64,000 nt of DNA. It comes from Chiloscyllium plagiosum (Eukaryota). The position numbers and the translations under genes were made by a program. The DNA is taken from positions 9,868,862 through 9,932,861 of the forward strand of contig NC_057752.1 of NCBI RefSeq assembly GCF_004010195.1. Reading direction: 5' to 3'. Below are positions 38,101 to 47,472 of the stretch, piece after piece (position 1 is the stretch's first letter; every line of letters starts with the position of its first letter). Below the pieces are notes generated by a model. The model ran no database searches. It saw only the letters and a program-made list of their open reading frames with translations, and was not told the DNA's origin.

Positions 38101-40959
38101 TGACTGTTGCCAACACCTTAACAACTCAGGTTTAGCACCACATAGCCAAAACAAAAGTTCAAAACATCAACATACCTGCAACAGGTTCGAACATCATCAT
38201 AGTCTGTCATGTCAATATCAAAAACCAGCTCTTTACTCTCAGCATGGAAGGTTCCTGACTTCATAGAATTGTGCTGGCTTGGCTACAAAAGAAACACTTT
38301 ACAGTTATGAACTGATGGTAAGATTCCCACCCTACGTCATTAATTTTTATTGTCTCTCTTCTCTTCATCCAGAATTTTTAACATTTTTGCAACATATGAT
38401 ACCAGGTGCCATCTGACTCTTGGTTAATTGGCCATTATTAACAACTGATTCTTCACAGCTTTTCCAATCTGTCTTATTGTGCAGCTACCCCGGAGAACAA
38501 ACATCGACAGAAAGGCATCTAATATTGGTTCCTTAACTGCAATCAGGATTTCCCTTTACAATGCTTTCTCCCTTTACCCAGGGGCAATGAAAGCTACTGC
38601 ATTCCATAATCCACTACCCAGGCTACAAGGTTTTCTTTACTGGATGTGATCACTAGCCAGCTCAGGTATTTTTACCCATCTCAGACTGTTCTGGAAAAGG
38701 TGGTCAGCTATTAAATATCAACCTGCAAATAATTCCAACACATACCAATAACAGCTCATATCATCAGACATGGCATGGCATGGCAAGAAGGTTGGAGCCT
38801 CTACCAATATTATTCATAGCTCCAGATCATGCAAAACACGCACATCGCCACAGCCGCTCACACTGAGTGACTTGGAAGATCTCTTGAGATTTCATGAACT
38901 GGCTTTGACTGAAAATCATTCAAAATGTTTTTAAAACATCTTCACTCTTTTCACAACACAACACATTCAGCGAGTATAAAATGAACACTGACCAAAGGTC
39001 AAAGAACAGGAATATTAATTTGTCTTCTCTCTCAACACTTGCAGCCAGACATTCTAAATATTTCCAACATTATCCATATTTTTACAGTAAAAAAAAACCC
39101 CCCACCAATTCCTGGAATATAACTACATTGATTTCTTTCTTAAATTTGTAGATCATGGTAGTCTCTTATTCACCATTTATAATTGGAGCCATCTGAGGTA
39201 TTGAATATAAAAAAGTTACCTTGTTTGAGTAAACAGCTCCAATGTCAACCTTATAAGGAACCATTTTCTGCATTTCTTTCTCCAGTTCATTTTGATTATT
39301 GAAAGACAGATAACGCACGTAGATATCATCTTTCAGGGTGAAGGAGAATTCTCGATTCTGGAAATAGGTCTTGAAGACTGTTGACACAAAGAAAGTGTAT
39401 CTATCTAACTGATAGATTTGAGTGTAAAACACCACCCTAGGGATGCACTCTCTTAGAATGAGTCTTTAGCTTATTTAACATAACAGGATGTCTTCTAACT
39501 TTCTGTGCGACACAGACTTCATTTTTAAAGAATTTCATTCACCGCTGGCAGACACAATCATCTATATTTCACCATACTTGTTGAGTTCCAAGTGTTTGTA
39601 TTCCTAACCTAATCTATATTTGGGAGAGGAAAAATATAATTCATTTAAGGCTGGATGTTTTTACATAGGTCTGGAGAGCATTTTCAAATGCATGGTAGGC
39701 AGCACGGTGGCACAGTGGTTAGCACTGTTGCCTCACAGCGCCAGAGACCCGGGTTCAATTCCCGCCTCAGGCGACTGACTGTGTGGAGTTTGCACGTTCT
39801 CCCCGTGTCTGCGTGGGTTTCCTCCGGGTGCTCCGGTTTCCTCCCACAGTCCAAAGATGTGCAGGTCAGGTGAATTGGCCATGCTAAATTGCCCGTAGTG
39901 TTAGGTATAGGGGTAAATGTAGGGGTATGGGTGGGTTGCGCTTCAGCGGGTCGGTGTGGACTTGTTGGGCCGAAGGGCCAACAATGTAATCTAATCTAAT
40001 CAAGATTATAGTGAAATCCCAATTGCAATAGTTGTGTGCACTGTGTCATAAATGCTCATAAGACTGTATTTATTACCCATGTCTCATTACCTTGGTTGTG
40101 TTTTCGTAAAGTTACTAAGTGACTGAAACAACTTTAAACAGCATTAGTCAACCATTATCTGGGGCTAGAGATAGAAAAGCTAGGTTCCTTTCATTATAAG
40201 GTACTGGTGAGCTGGTTGCACTGTTAACAGCAAGAAATGCACTTATTAGTTTTTCCTGCTACCAGCCTACAACAGATTAGTTGAAAACAAAGTTACATTT
40301 GAACAATGCGAATGGTGCCTTAGACGAGCTCTGAAGCTTCAAGAGATGCTATTGAGCGCACAAAACCCGTGTAAAACTACACAATTCTGAAATGCTGTAT
40401 AAACGACAGCAAGCTCAGGGTCGCATTTGAGTAACCTTGTGGCAGAAGCATTGATTTAAATGCAATTCTTGCCAATAAGTTATTTCAGTTTCTTTCCAAC
40501 AATTTTGCTTCTTTTTGGGTGGGAGGGAAGAAGTCAAAATTCGTGAGTTTTGCAGCAACTTACAGTAGTCAAAGTAAGACAACAATTAGTGCGATGTTTT
40601 CACATACTCTCAAGCACATACCAAAATGCCGAACTTTCTGGCATGATTAATCTATTTAATTAGTTCATTTATACTTTTTAACGGGAGAATTACAAAGTAG
40701 CAATTAAATGCATTTAGTCTAAGTTTGCATAAATACCAAAACGCAGGGAAACAAGTTCATTCAGTTTTACCCAAGTCAAGGAAGAAAATCTTTCACATAA
40801 CATTAAAGCAGCAAAATGAACTTAGAAAAAAAATTCCTCCTTACCACCACCATAACTTAACCACCTGAAGTATTGGGAATATGGGAAAAGACGTCTATAA
40901 TAAATGGGCAGCAAATCTGGTAATTCAGCCGCATCATACTGATTCCCTTCGGGCGCCAT
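14138..40959 (-). CDS. PRIM1: DNA primase small (catalytic) subunit, complete 13-exon gene span; spliced CDS 1257 nt = 418 aa + stop
   Basis: Thirteen minus-strand exons join in frame (115+158+107+74+137+59+110+77+133+70+98+99+20). Primase motifs are intact: [11 protein letters not shown], zinc-binding [42 protein letters not shown]. Confidence 0.98.
15148..15246 (-). CDS. PRIM1: PRIM1 exon 12 ([33 protein letters not shown])
   Basis: Acceptor actcag|, donor G|GTGAGT, 99 nt. Confidence 0.96.
15690..16560 (+). mobile_element. Degenerate CR1 3' fragment (PRIM1 intron 11)
   Basis: RT C-terminal remnants ([36 protein letters not shown]) and CR1 tail. Confidence 0.8.
17403..17500 (-). CDS. PRIM1: PRIM1 exon 11 ([32 protein letters not shown])
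   Basis: Acceptor cttaaag|, donor G|GTAAAT, 98 nt. Confidence 0.93.
17580..17909 (-). mobile_element. tRNA-derived HE1/V-SINE-like SINE
   Basis: Reverse complement of the 39698-40001 family (A box tggctcagtggt, B box ggttcgattcc). Confidence 0.85.
18935..19273 (-). mobile_element. tRNA-derived HE1/V-SINE-like SINE
   Basis: Same family, reverse orientation. Confidence 0.85.
19290..21605 (+). mobile_element. Degenerate CR1 ORF2 with a nested SINE at about 20710-21035
   Basis: [41 protein letters not shown] motifs; embedded HE1-like SINE. Confidence 0.82.
21985..22054 (-). CDS. PRIM1: PRIM1 exon 10 ([23 protein letters not shown])
   Basis: Acceptor ttccag|, donor AG|GTATG, 70 nt. Confidence 0.97.
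22443..22575 (-). CDS. PRIM1: PRIM1 exon 9 ([44 protein letters not shown])
   Basis: Acceptor ttctacag|, donor G|GTATT, 133 nt; third catalytic Asp in RLD. Confidence 0.96.
23630..25570 (-). mobile_element. Degenerate Penelope-like (Neptune-type) element, RT + GIY-YIG region
   Basis: Minus-strand remnants [37 protein letters not shown]; 3' pLTR-like end near 23640-23730. Confidence 0.8.
25630..26160 (+). mobile_element. Penelope-like GIY-YIG fragment, inverted relative to 23630-25570
   Basis: NLIYCI...[19 protein letters not shown] remnants. Confidence 0.75.
27410..27486 (-). CDS. PRIM1: PRIM1 exon 8 ([26 protein letters not shown])
   Basis: AC acceptor, donor ACT|GTAAGT, 77 nt; aligns by eye to the HDELQ...RW helix of vertebrate PRIM1. 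Confidence 0.9.
28730..29520 (-). mobile_element. Degenerate CR1-clade LINE RT fragment
   Basis: Reverse-strand remnants resembling [17 protein letters not shown] and PVSL motifs. Confidence 0.6.
29620..29748 (+). mobile_element. Short pLTR-only Penelope-derived insert with hammerhead-like core (29624-29651) and 10-bp TSD
   Basis: TSD ccaacccaat at 29610-29619 and 29749-29758; CTGATGA-A-GGGC-TTAT-GCCC-GAAAC-ATC. Confidence 0.8.
29878..30925 (+). mobile_element. 5'-truncated Penelope-like element (Penelope/Poseidon-type): RT C-terminus + GIY-YIG endonuclease
   Basis: [15 protein letters not shown] 29943-30812 with [64 protein letters not shown]. Confidence 0.93.
31957..32296 (+). mobile_element. 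HE1/V-SINE-like SINE nested in a degenerate CR1 tail (about 31680-32720)
   Basis: ggcagcacggtggctcagtggttagcactg head, V-domain-like core, CR1-like tail. Confidence 0.85.
32896..33005 (-). CDS. PRIM1: PRIM1 exon 7 ([36 protein letters not shown])
   Basis: Acceptor ttgtag|, 110 nt, followed by the U12-type donor G|ATATCCTTT. Confidence 0.94.
33965..34023 (-). CDS. PRIM1: PRIM1 exon 6 ([19 protein letters not shown])
   Basis: Acceptor tttacag|, donor CA|GTGAGT, 59 nt. Confidence 0.95.
34131..34267 (-). CDS. PRIM1: PRIM1 exon 5 ([46 protein letters not shown])
   Basis: Acceptor tcacag|, donor AAG|GTAGG, 137 nt; SGRRG motif. Confidence 0.97.
34645..34965 (-). mobile_element. Second tRNA-derived SINE family (same as 55533-55857)
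   Basis: Reverse complement shares cctggtctggcctacatgtgactccagacccacag and aataaatgctggcctagcc. Confidence 0.7.
35477..35550 (-). CDS. PRIM1: PRIM1 exon 4 ([24 protein letters not shown])
   Basis: Acceptor ctttag|, donor G|GTTAAA, 74 nt. Confidence 0.96.
35660..37450 (+). mobile_element. Degenerate CR1 ORF2 3' half (PRIM1 intron 3)
   Basis: [43 protein letters not shown] motifs. Confidence 0.85.
38176..38282 (-). CDS. PRIM1: PRIM1 exon 3 ([35 protein letters not shown])
   Basis: Acceptor tttgtag|, donor AG|GTATG, 107 nt; contains the catalytic DxD. Confidence 0.97.
39220..39377 (-). CDS. PRIM1: PRIM1 exon 2 ([23 protein letters not shown]...[11 protein letters not shown])
   Basis: Acceptor caacag|, donor AAG|GTAAC, 158 nt, in frame. 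Confidence 0.97.
39698..40001 (+). mobile_element. Young HE1/V-SINE-like SINE (CpG-rich) in PRIM1 intron 1
   Basis: A/B boxes, retained CpGs, (aatct)n tail. Confidence 0.9.
40845..40959 (-). CDS. PRIM1: PRIM1 coding exon 1 ([38 protein letters not shown])
   Basis: ATG at 40959-40957; donor GGTG|GTAAGG; matches the PRIM1 N-terminal pattern [11 protein letters not shown]. Confidence 0.95.
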
Positions 40960-41120
40960 TTCTTTTGTCGAAAAAGGCGCGGAAAAGCTGTCACCCAGAA
41001 ACCCTGGCGCCACACACACCGAAAATAGCCTAACAGGCTTGCTGGGAGTTGTAGTTTATAAAGCTCGTGTGCGTCTTTCCGCCTTTGAAAGGGTATCTTA
41101 AAAAAAATTATTGACGTCTT
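40960..41120 (-). promoter_or_regulatory. PRIM1 5' UTR / proximal promoter with ZNF143(SBS)-type motif and E2F-like, CHR-like and CRE-like sites
   Basis: ACTACAACTCCCAGCAAGCC (minus strand, 41055-41036); TTTTCCGCGCC near 40976-40986; TGGCGCCA 41005-41012; TTTGAA near 41084; TGACGTCT 41112-41119; locally CpG-rich. Confidence 0.7.
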
Positions 41121-41194
41121 TTGATTATTGTTTTTCATTCCTCTTTTTACAAGATCACTAAAATTGTACATTTTAATGCCGAAATGTTCGATCA

Positions 41195-41370
41195 TGTCGT
41201 AGGATAGTGAAGGCAGCGTTTGGTATGCTTTCCTTTATTGGTCAGAGTATTGAGTACAGGAGTTGGAAGGTCATTTTGCAGCTGTACAGGACATTGGTTA
41301 GGCCACTTTTGGAATATTGCATGCAATTCTGGTCTCCTTCCTATCCGAAAGATGTTGTGAAACTTGAAAG
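41195..41370 (+). mobile_element. CR1/HER1-like LINE 3' fragment, left part (split by the ERV; continues at about 48234-48895)
   Basis: Encodes KAAFGMLSFIGQSIEYRS..LYRTLVRPLLEYCMQFWSP, the CR1 ORF2 C-terminus; sequence resumes after the 3' LTR. Confidence 0.9.
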
Positions 41371-42125
41371 TGTGGGATATAGGTAAATTAATGTTACTTC
41401 TGCAATTCTGCAATTATAATTGATTATACAAAAACTAAATGAACTCACACCAGTGTGTAATTGTTTCAGCCAAGAGTTGAATCAACAAGAATGGAAACTA
41501 TGTGGAGGAAATATATAATTGTTTTTGTATTAGCTAAAATTGTATGCCAGCATGAAAAGTGATTGCAAAACAATGGCAGATATTATGGGCAAATAGATAA
41601 GATGTTGTGAGGGGATGGAGTTAGGCTAGATACACGCCTGTACAAACAGTAGGTATAAACATCTGTTTCCCACTTTTACAGAGACACAGGAACAAACCCT
41701 AATTAAAGAGGTCATGGGGATCAGAGTGGCTTCAGGAGAAGCCCAGATGGAAAGAGTAGATTCTGATGAAGAAAGAATATGCCTAACAATGACCTGCAGT
41801 GGGATGAGGTCAAACGGCCTTGTGAGGCCAGAAATAAGCATTTTGTCACAGACAAGGCCGGATAAGGCAAGAGATAAGCAGGAGTGGTGGGACCAGTCTT
41901 AGGGAAGTGGAGGATGTAAACGGGGGGAAACAATGAAATAAGAAAACAATATGTAGGAACCAAATTATATAAATATCGAGAGTTTGTTGAATTTGGTGTG
42001 TATGTCCTCTGCCTTATAGGCACTGGACATCACACCCACTTGCAAGTGTAAAAATAAAGGGCACTACTGATTCAGATTTTGTCTCTGACTGCAATTATTG
42101 AAGTGTGTGAGCTTTGTTTCTCACA
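41371..42125 (+). repeat. ERV 5' LTR (755 bp); TATAAA 41968-41973, AATAAA 42053-42058
   Basis: Begins TGTGGGA, ends TCTCACA; near-identical copy at 47473-48233. Confidence 0.96.
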
Positions 42126-42127
42126 AT

Positions 42128-42144
42128 TGGGGACTGTCCGGGAT
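42128..42144 (+). promoter_or_regulatory. Primer binding site, tRNA-Pro-like
   Basis: TGGGGACTGTCCGGGAT just after the LTR, versus the canonical Pro PBS TGGGGGCTCGTCCGGGAT (1 substitution, 1 deletion). Confidence 0.85.
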
Positions 42145-42439
42145 TTTCTTCCATCGCTGGGAGGAGTGGCTGACCTTGGACACTGGGAAGATGCGTCCCA
42201 TTCCCCATTGAGGAGCGGTCTCGTGTCCTGGTTTGGTCCGCTCCCTTGGGCGACTGGTACGGATCCCACAAGAGAGACATCTGAATCAGACAGTGAGAGA
42301 AGGTCGATAGAAAATACGGCAAAAAGGGGCCAGGCAACTCTGTGCACAGACCAAGGTAAGAAAATTGACTTTTAAGTATTGCCTTGGTGGCCGGGATTGA
42401 GTTTTAGTAGTTAATAAGGGACTAACGAAGGAACTCAAT

Positions 42440-44206
42440 ATGGGTTGTGCCGTGGGTAAGGAAAAAGCCTCCGGGAAAACAAAAGAAGAAAAAGGCAATG
42501 GAAATGGAGGCGGGGTCCCTTACAACATACCTCCAGAAAGTCCTTTGGGCAGGGTGTTGTGGAATTGGCAAAATAATACTTGTACAAGGGAAAAAGATGA
42601 TTAAATATTGTTGCTTTGTATGGACTAAGGAATCCATTCTTCGTCCCGCCATCTTCTGGCCAAAATATAGGTCGGACGAAGAATGGGTTTGTAAATATCT
42701 GAATTTATTTGTCAATGAGTGAGAGAGAGAGAATGAAAAGAGCTGTACAGCTGGTAGAACGTTTAACCCTTTGTGATTTAGTTTGAATGAACATTTGTTT
42801 GTTGGTGATTGAATGTTTGTACTTTATTCCCTGGAGCTTGAGTTCCAGGACTGTTTTGAATCTGATTTTTATTATGGAAACTTAACATGATTTCTTTTAA
42901 GGTTAAGGATTCTATAGAGATTATGAAAAAAAAATGGTGATAACTCCTGTTCTTTTTACAGCTCATGACTGCCTTACTATCAGTTTCTAACTAATCTCTT
43001 TTATCTTTACATAAAAGCGATTTATGGAGGACAGTTGAAGTTTCAGTTCAACATTAGATTGTAGTAAAAAACGAAACTCCTATGGTTAATATCTGTGACC
43101 TTGGAGTCAGCCATTGTTCATGCATTAGAAGTTTTTTTTAAACTTGAGTAGACAAATTCTTTTAAGGCAGCTCTGATTATTTCACGACCTATAGTATTGT
43201 AATTGAGCAACGATTGGTCAGGACTACTTAAGAAAACTAATTTTGGATTTAAATTAAGGGACTAAAACTGGATGATTACAGTGGATTTCAAAATTGGGAA
43301 CTGTATGCATTTTACATTTTAAATATTAAATACTGAATAAATGAATGTAAATATATAAATATATTCACAAGTTAGGAACAGGCTTTAAAAGTTAGTCAAG
43401 CATGAATTGATGAATTGGTGTTTGAAGTTATGGGGAGCTAGAAATAGTGCAATATTTCTTTAAGAAAAAAAAAGGAAGAACATAACGACTTATCCCCTTT
43501 GGGAGGTACCAATAGGGGACAAAGAGATTAGGTTTGTAAGTGCCCCCCTCACCAGTGGGGAGGTCAGAACATTTAAAAAGGCAATGAAGGTCCTGGTTGA
43601 GGATCCGGTAGGGTTGTTTGAACAAATTGATCAATTTTTGGGGCCCAGTCTGTATACCTGGGCTGAGTTAATGTCTATTTTGAATATACTATTTACTGGG
43701 GAAGAAAGGGGACTTATACGAGGAGCCGCCATTAAAATATGGGACAGGGAATACCCGATTGGAGATGGGCATGCTGGACAGGGAGAGGTGAAGTTTCCCC
43801 TCAGAGATCCCCAGTGGGAAAACCAAAACCCGGAGCATAGAGAAGAAATGAGGGAATTGAAAGACCTGATTCTAAAAGGAATAAGAGAGGCAGTTCCGAA
43901 GTCGCAGAATCTGACTAAAGCCTTTGAAGTTAGACAGGAGAAAGATGAGACGCCTTCAGCTTTCTTGCAAAGATTAAGGGACTCAATGCGGAAATACTCT
44001 GGAATGAACCCTGAGGACCCAGTGGCACAGGGTCTATTGAAAGTACATTTTGTGACAAAAGCATGGCCAGCTATACAGAGAAAGATACAGAAGATAGAAG
44101 GATGGAGCGAAAAACCATTAGATGAATTGTTGAGAGAGGCACAGAAAGTGTTTGTAAAAAGGGAGGATGAGAGACAAAAACAGAAGGCGAAAATGATGGT
44201 AGCTAC
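42440..44206 (+). pseudogene. gag: ERV gag: matrix 42440-42720 (frameshifted) and capsid about 43490-44206, running into an N gap
   Basis: MGCAVGK myristoylation-type start; IPPESPLG...KMIKYCCFVW..WPKY matrix pattern; capsid DQFLGPSLYTWAEL and major homology region QEKDETPSAFLQRLRD. Confidence 0.92.
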
Positions 44207-44703
44207 NNNNNNNNNNNNNNNNNNNNNNNNNNNNNNNNNNNNNNNNNNNNNNNNNNNNNNNNNNNNNNNNNNNNNNNNNNNNNNNNNNNNNNNNNNNNNN
44301 NNNNNNNNNNNNNNNNNNNNNNNNNNNNNNNNNNNNNNNNNNNNNNNNNNNNNNNNNNNNNNNNNNNNNNNNNNNNNNNNNNNNNNNNNNNNNNNNNNNN
44401 NNNNNNNNNNNNNNNNNNNNNNNNNNNNNNNNNNNNNNNNNNNNNNNNNNNNNNNNNNNNNNNNNNNNNNNNNNNNNNNNNNNNNNNNNNNNNNNNNNNN
44501 NNNNNNNNNNNNNNNNNNNNNNNNNNNNNNNNNNNNNNNNNNNNNNNNNNNNNNNNNNNNNNNNNNNNNNNNNNNNNNNNNNNNNNNNNNNNNNNNNNNN
44601 NNNNNNNNNNNNNNNNNNNNNNNNNNNNNNNNNNNNNNNNNNNNNNNNNNNNNNNNNNNNNNNNNNNNNNNNNNNNNNNNNNNNNNNNNNNNNNNNNNNN
44701 NNN

Positions 44704-45472
44704 TAATAAATTTAAAACGGAAAGGAGACGTTATCTGTGAACGACAATACCCTATTTCCATAGAAGGTAAACGAGGATTGCAGCCAGTAATTGAGGGACT
44801 GATTAGAGATGGGCTGTTGGAGCCATGTATGTCTCCTTATAATACCCCAATTCTACCAGTGTGGAAATCTGATGGAACTTTATCGATTGGTGCAGGATTT
44901 GAGAACATTAAATCGAATAGTACAGATCAGGCACCCAGTGGTGCCAAACCCCTATACGTTATTAAGTAAGATCCCTCATGACCACAAATGGTTTAGTGTG
45001 ATAGATGTAAAGGATGCCTTTTGGGCTTGTCCCTTGGCGGAGGTAAGGTTTGGGACTATCCCCCTATGAAATTTTATTTGGATTACCTTATCTGGGAATG
45101 AATGGAGAATTGCCAATTCCCGAAACTAAAGATTTGTTTTTAAAGAAGTATATACTGGGCTTGTCCTCCTCTTTATCTTTCCTCAGGAAACAGGGTTTAT
45201 TGGCACAGACTCCACCCCTTGAATTCACCGTTCACCCCATCCGGCCGGGCGATTGGGTCTTAATAAAATCATGGACAGAGACTAAGCTGCAGCCAGACTG
45301 GGAAGGGCCGTACCAGGCTCTTTTGACGACTGAAATGGCAATAAGGACGGCGGAGAAAGGCTGGACTCATTACACTCGGATCAAAGGGCCAGTGGAATCT
45401 CCAGTTGAGGAAGAAGTCTGGACAGCCGAATCAACGCAAGACCCGCAGAAACTCAGACTAAAGAGACTTTGA
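44704..45472 (+). pseudogene. pol: ERV pol remnant: RT N-terminus joined directly to the integrase C-terminus
   Basis: QYPIS..SPYNTPILPV..YRLVQDLR..WFSVIDVKDAFWACPLAE, then GLSPYEILFG..PGDWVLIK..WEGPYQALLTT..KGWTHYTRIK (GPY/F region); no YxDD, RNase H or DDE core between them. Confidence 0.92.
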
Positions 45473-45550
45473 GTAACTGATTATACAGTGGCGACGCGAG
45501 CGCGGGATTATTTCTGTAGGATTGTATATTATGTCTTTTTGTGCTTCAGC

Positions 45551-47423
45551 ATGATGATTATAATACTGGGAATGCTTAGAGTTATGATGCTAGCCCTCTT
45601 AGTATTGGGATTTTGTCAAATATCATTTTCATATGTATTATTAACGGTTCCTGAGTCTGATAATCCACAAGTAATAGACACTGATACATGCAGTTTAGTA
45701 ATTTGTGGGGATGTAGATAATCAGGGACAGTACCGCAGCTCAGAGATACATCTTAAGTCCTATGGGGATGGTACTTGGTATAATGGTCTCGTCACAGTAC
45801 ACCGGGCCCCCTTCCGACCAGCTCGCGATTGTCTCGATAAAAAGTGTAACCCAATATACCTAACAATAAGGAAAACCACATGGCACGAAGCAAATCTGGG
45901 GGGGGCACCTATGAGATACAATTAAATGAAACATTTGGGATAGAAATGAAAGCAAATGGGAGGGGTTTCTTGGGCTGTTGTTTTTGAATTAGCCTAGGAC
46001 AGGGAAAATGGGCGGAATTACTGGATAATAAGATACAACCTTTCACCCCTCCCGATGATCCTAAAGTAGTAAAAATTATAGAGGTAAAGGACTTGAAACA
46101 GACCATCGAAATAGAAACTGGGCACGGGGATGCAAATGCCTGGGTTGAATGGGTAAAGTATACTGTAAAAAGTCTGAATAAGAGCAATTGCTATGCATGT
46201 GCCTCCGGTAGGCCAGTGGCCCAGGTGGTTCCCTTTCCGCTCGGTTGGAAGCGAGACAGGAAGGGCATGAAATATATGATAGCCCTGTATCAGGATGAGA
46301 CTGCATGGAATGATAGGAATTGTACCTCCCTATCTCTGATGTTCCCTCCCTTGGAGAAGAAAGATGCAAAAGTCCCCCCCCCCCGACATTTTCCGCCACA
46401 GTTGGAAACCACACGTCGTGTGTGCGCAGGCGAGGTACAAGTCGGTCGAGAGATTTGGGGGAGCTGAAATTATGTACAGAGATTAAGAATGTTACCGAAA
46501 CGGAGAGGGGAGGGAACTACTCAGCACTAAAGGTTCCCCGAGCGGATCTGTGGTGGTACTGTGGAGGCAAAATATTGAGACCCATGCTACCTCCGGATTG
46601 GAGAGGGATATGTGCAATTGTACAATTGGCAATTCCATTCACCCTGGCATTTGAGAAGGAAAAGATAGTAGGGAAAAAGGGAAGGGGTAAGAGATTACTG
46701 TTAGATACTTCTTTCGATGCCAGGATTTATCTTGATTCGGTAGGAGTCCCTAGGGGAGTACATGATGAATTCAAGGCTTGTGACCAGATTGCAACAGGCT
46801 TTGAGTCAGCTCTCTTTTGGTGGGTAACAATTAATAAAAATGTAGATTGGATAAATTACATTTTCTATAATCAACAGCGATTTATAAATTATACAAGAGA
46901 TGCAGTTAAAGGAATATCAGAACAGCTTGATGCGACAAGTAGGATGGCATGGGAGAACAGAATGGCCCTTGATATGATTTTCGCAGAAAAAGGATGTGTG
47001 TGAGATGTTAGGAGAAACTGTTGTACCTTTATTCCTAATAACACTGCACCTGATGGTTCAATTACTTGGGCCTTAAGGGAATTGACTACCTTAGCAGAGG
47101 AACTGGCTGAGAATTCAGGAGTAGACACATCTCTCACGGGATGGCTTGAATCATGGTTTGGAAGGTAGAAGGGGATGGTGGTTTCCATCCTAACTTCCCT
47201 GATAGTAGTAGTTGGGGTATTGGTGGCCATTGGCTGTTGTATCATACCCCACTCTATACGAGGGCTCACCCAAAGAATGATTGAAACATCCTTCATGAAA
47301 CAGATGCCCCTAAAAGGGAATCAGACAGAGGAACTTTATCGACTAAATAATGAGGAGATGAGTGAGACCAAGATGGATGAAATCTCTGGAATGATGCTTG
47401 CGAATTTCGGGGGCGATGCTTAA
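45551..47423 (+). pseudogene. env: ERV env (gamma-type) with frameshifts and stops
   Basis: Hydrophobic signal-like N-terminus; CYAC (CxxC); furin-like RGKR; WINYIFYNQQRF; ISD-like ENRMALDMIFAEKG; CCTFIPNNTAPDGS; TM anchor VVSILTSLIVVVGVLVAIGCC. Confidence 0.92.
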
Positions 47424-47455
47424 AAGAAAAATGCAGAAGATAACAAATGGTAATT

Positions 47456-47470
47456 AAAGAAAAAGGGGAA
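47456..47470 (+). promoter_or_regulatory. Polypurine tract
   Basis: AAAGAAAAAGGGGAA just before the 3' LTR. Confidence 0.9.
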
Positions 47471-47472
47471 AT

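Noticed and set aside
39698..39775. tRNA-like sequence with A and B boxes
   Set aside because: It is the head of a multi-copy SINE, not a tRNA gene
43584..44969. 461-aa ORF suggesting an intact gag-pol fusion (also the 376-aa antisense ORF)
   Set aside because: It reads through a 497-base N gap (44207-44703); continuity and frame are unknown
45551..47423. env as a co-opted syncytin-like gene
   Set aside because: Multiple frameshifts and in-frame stops (for example near 45925, 46380, 47003 and 47168) break both SU and TM
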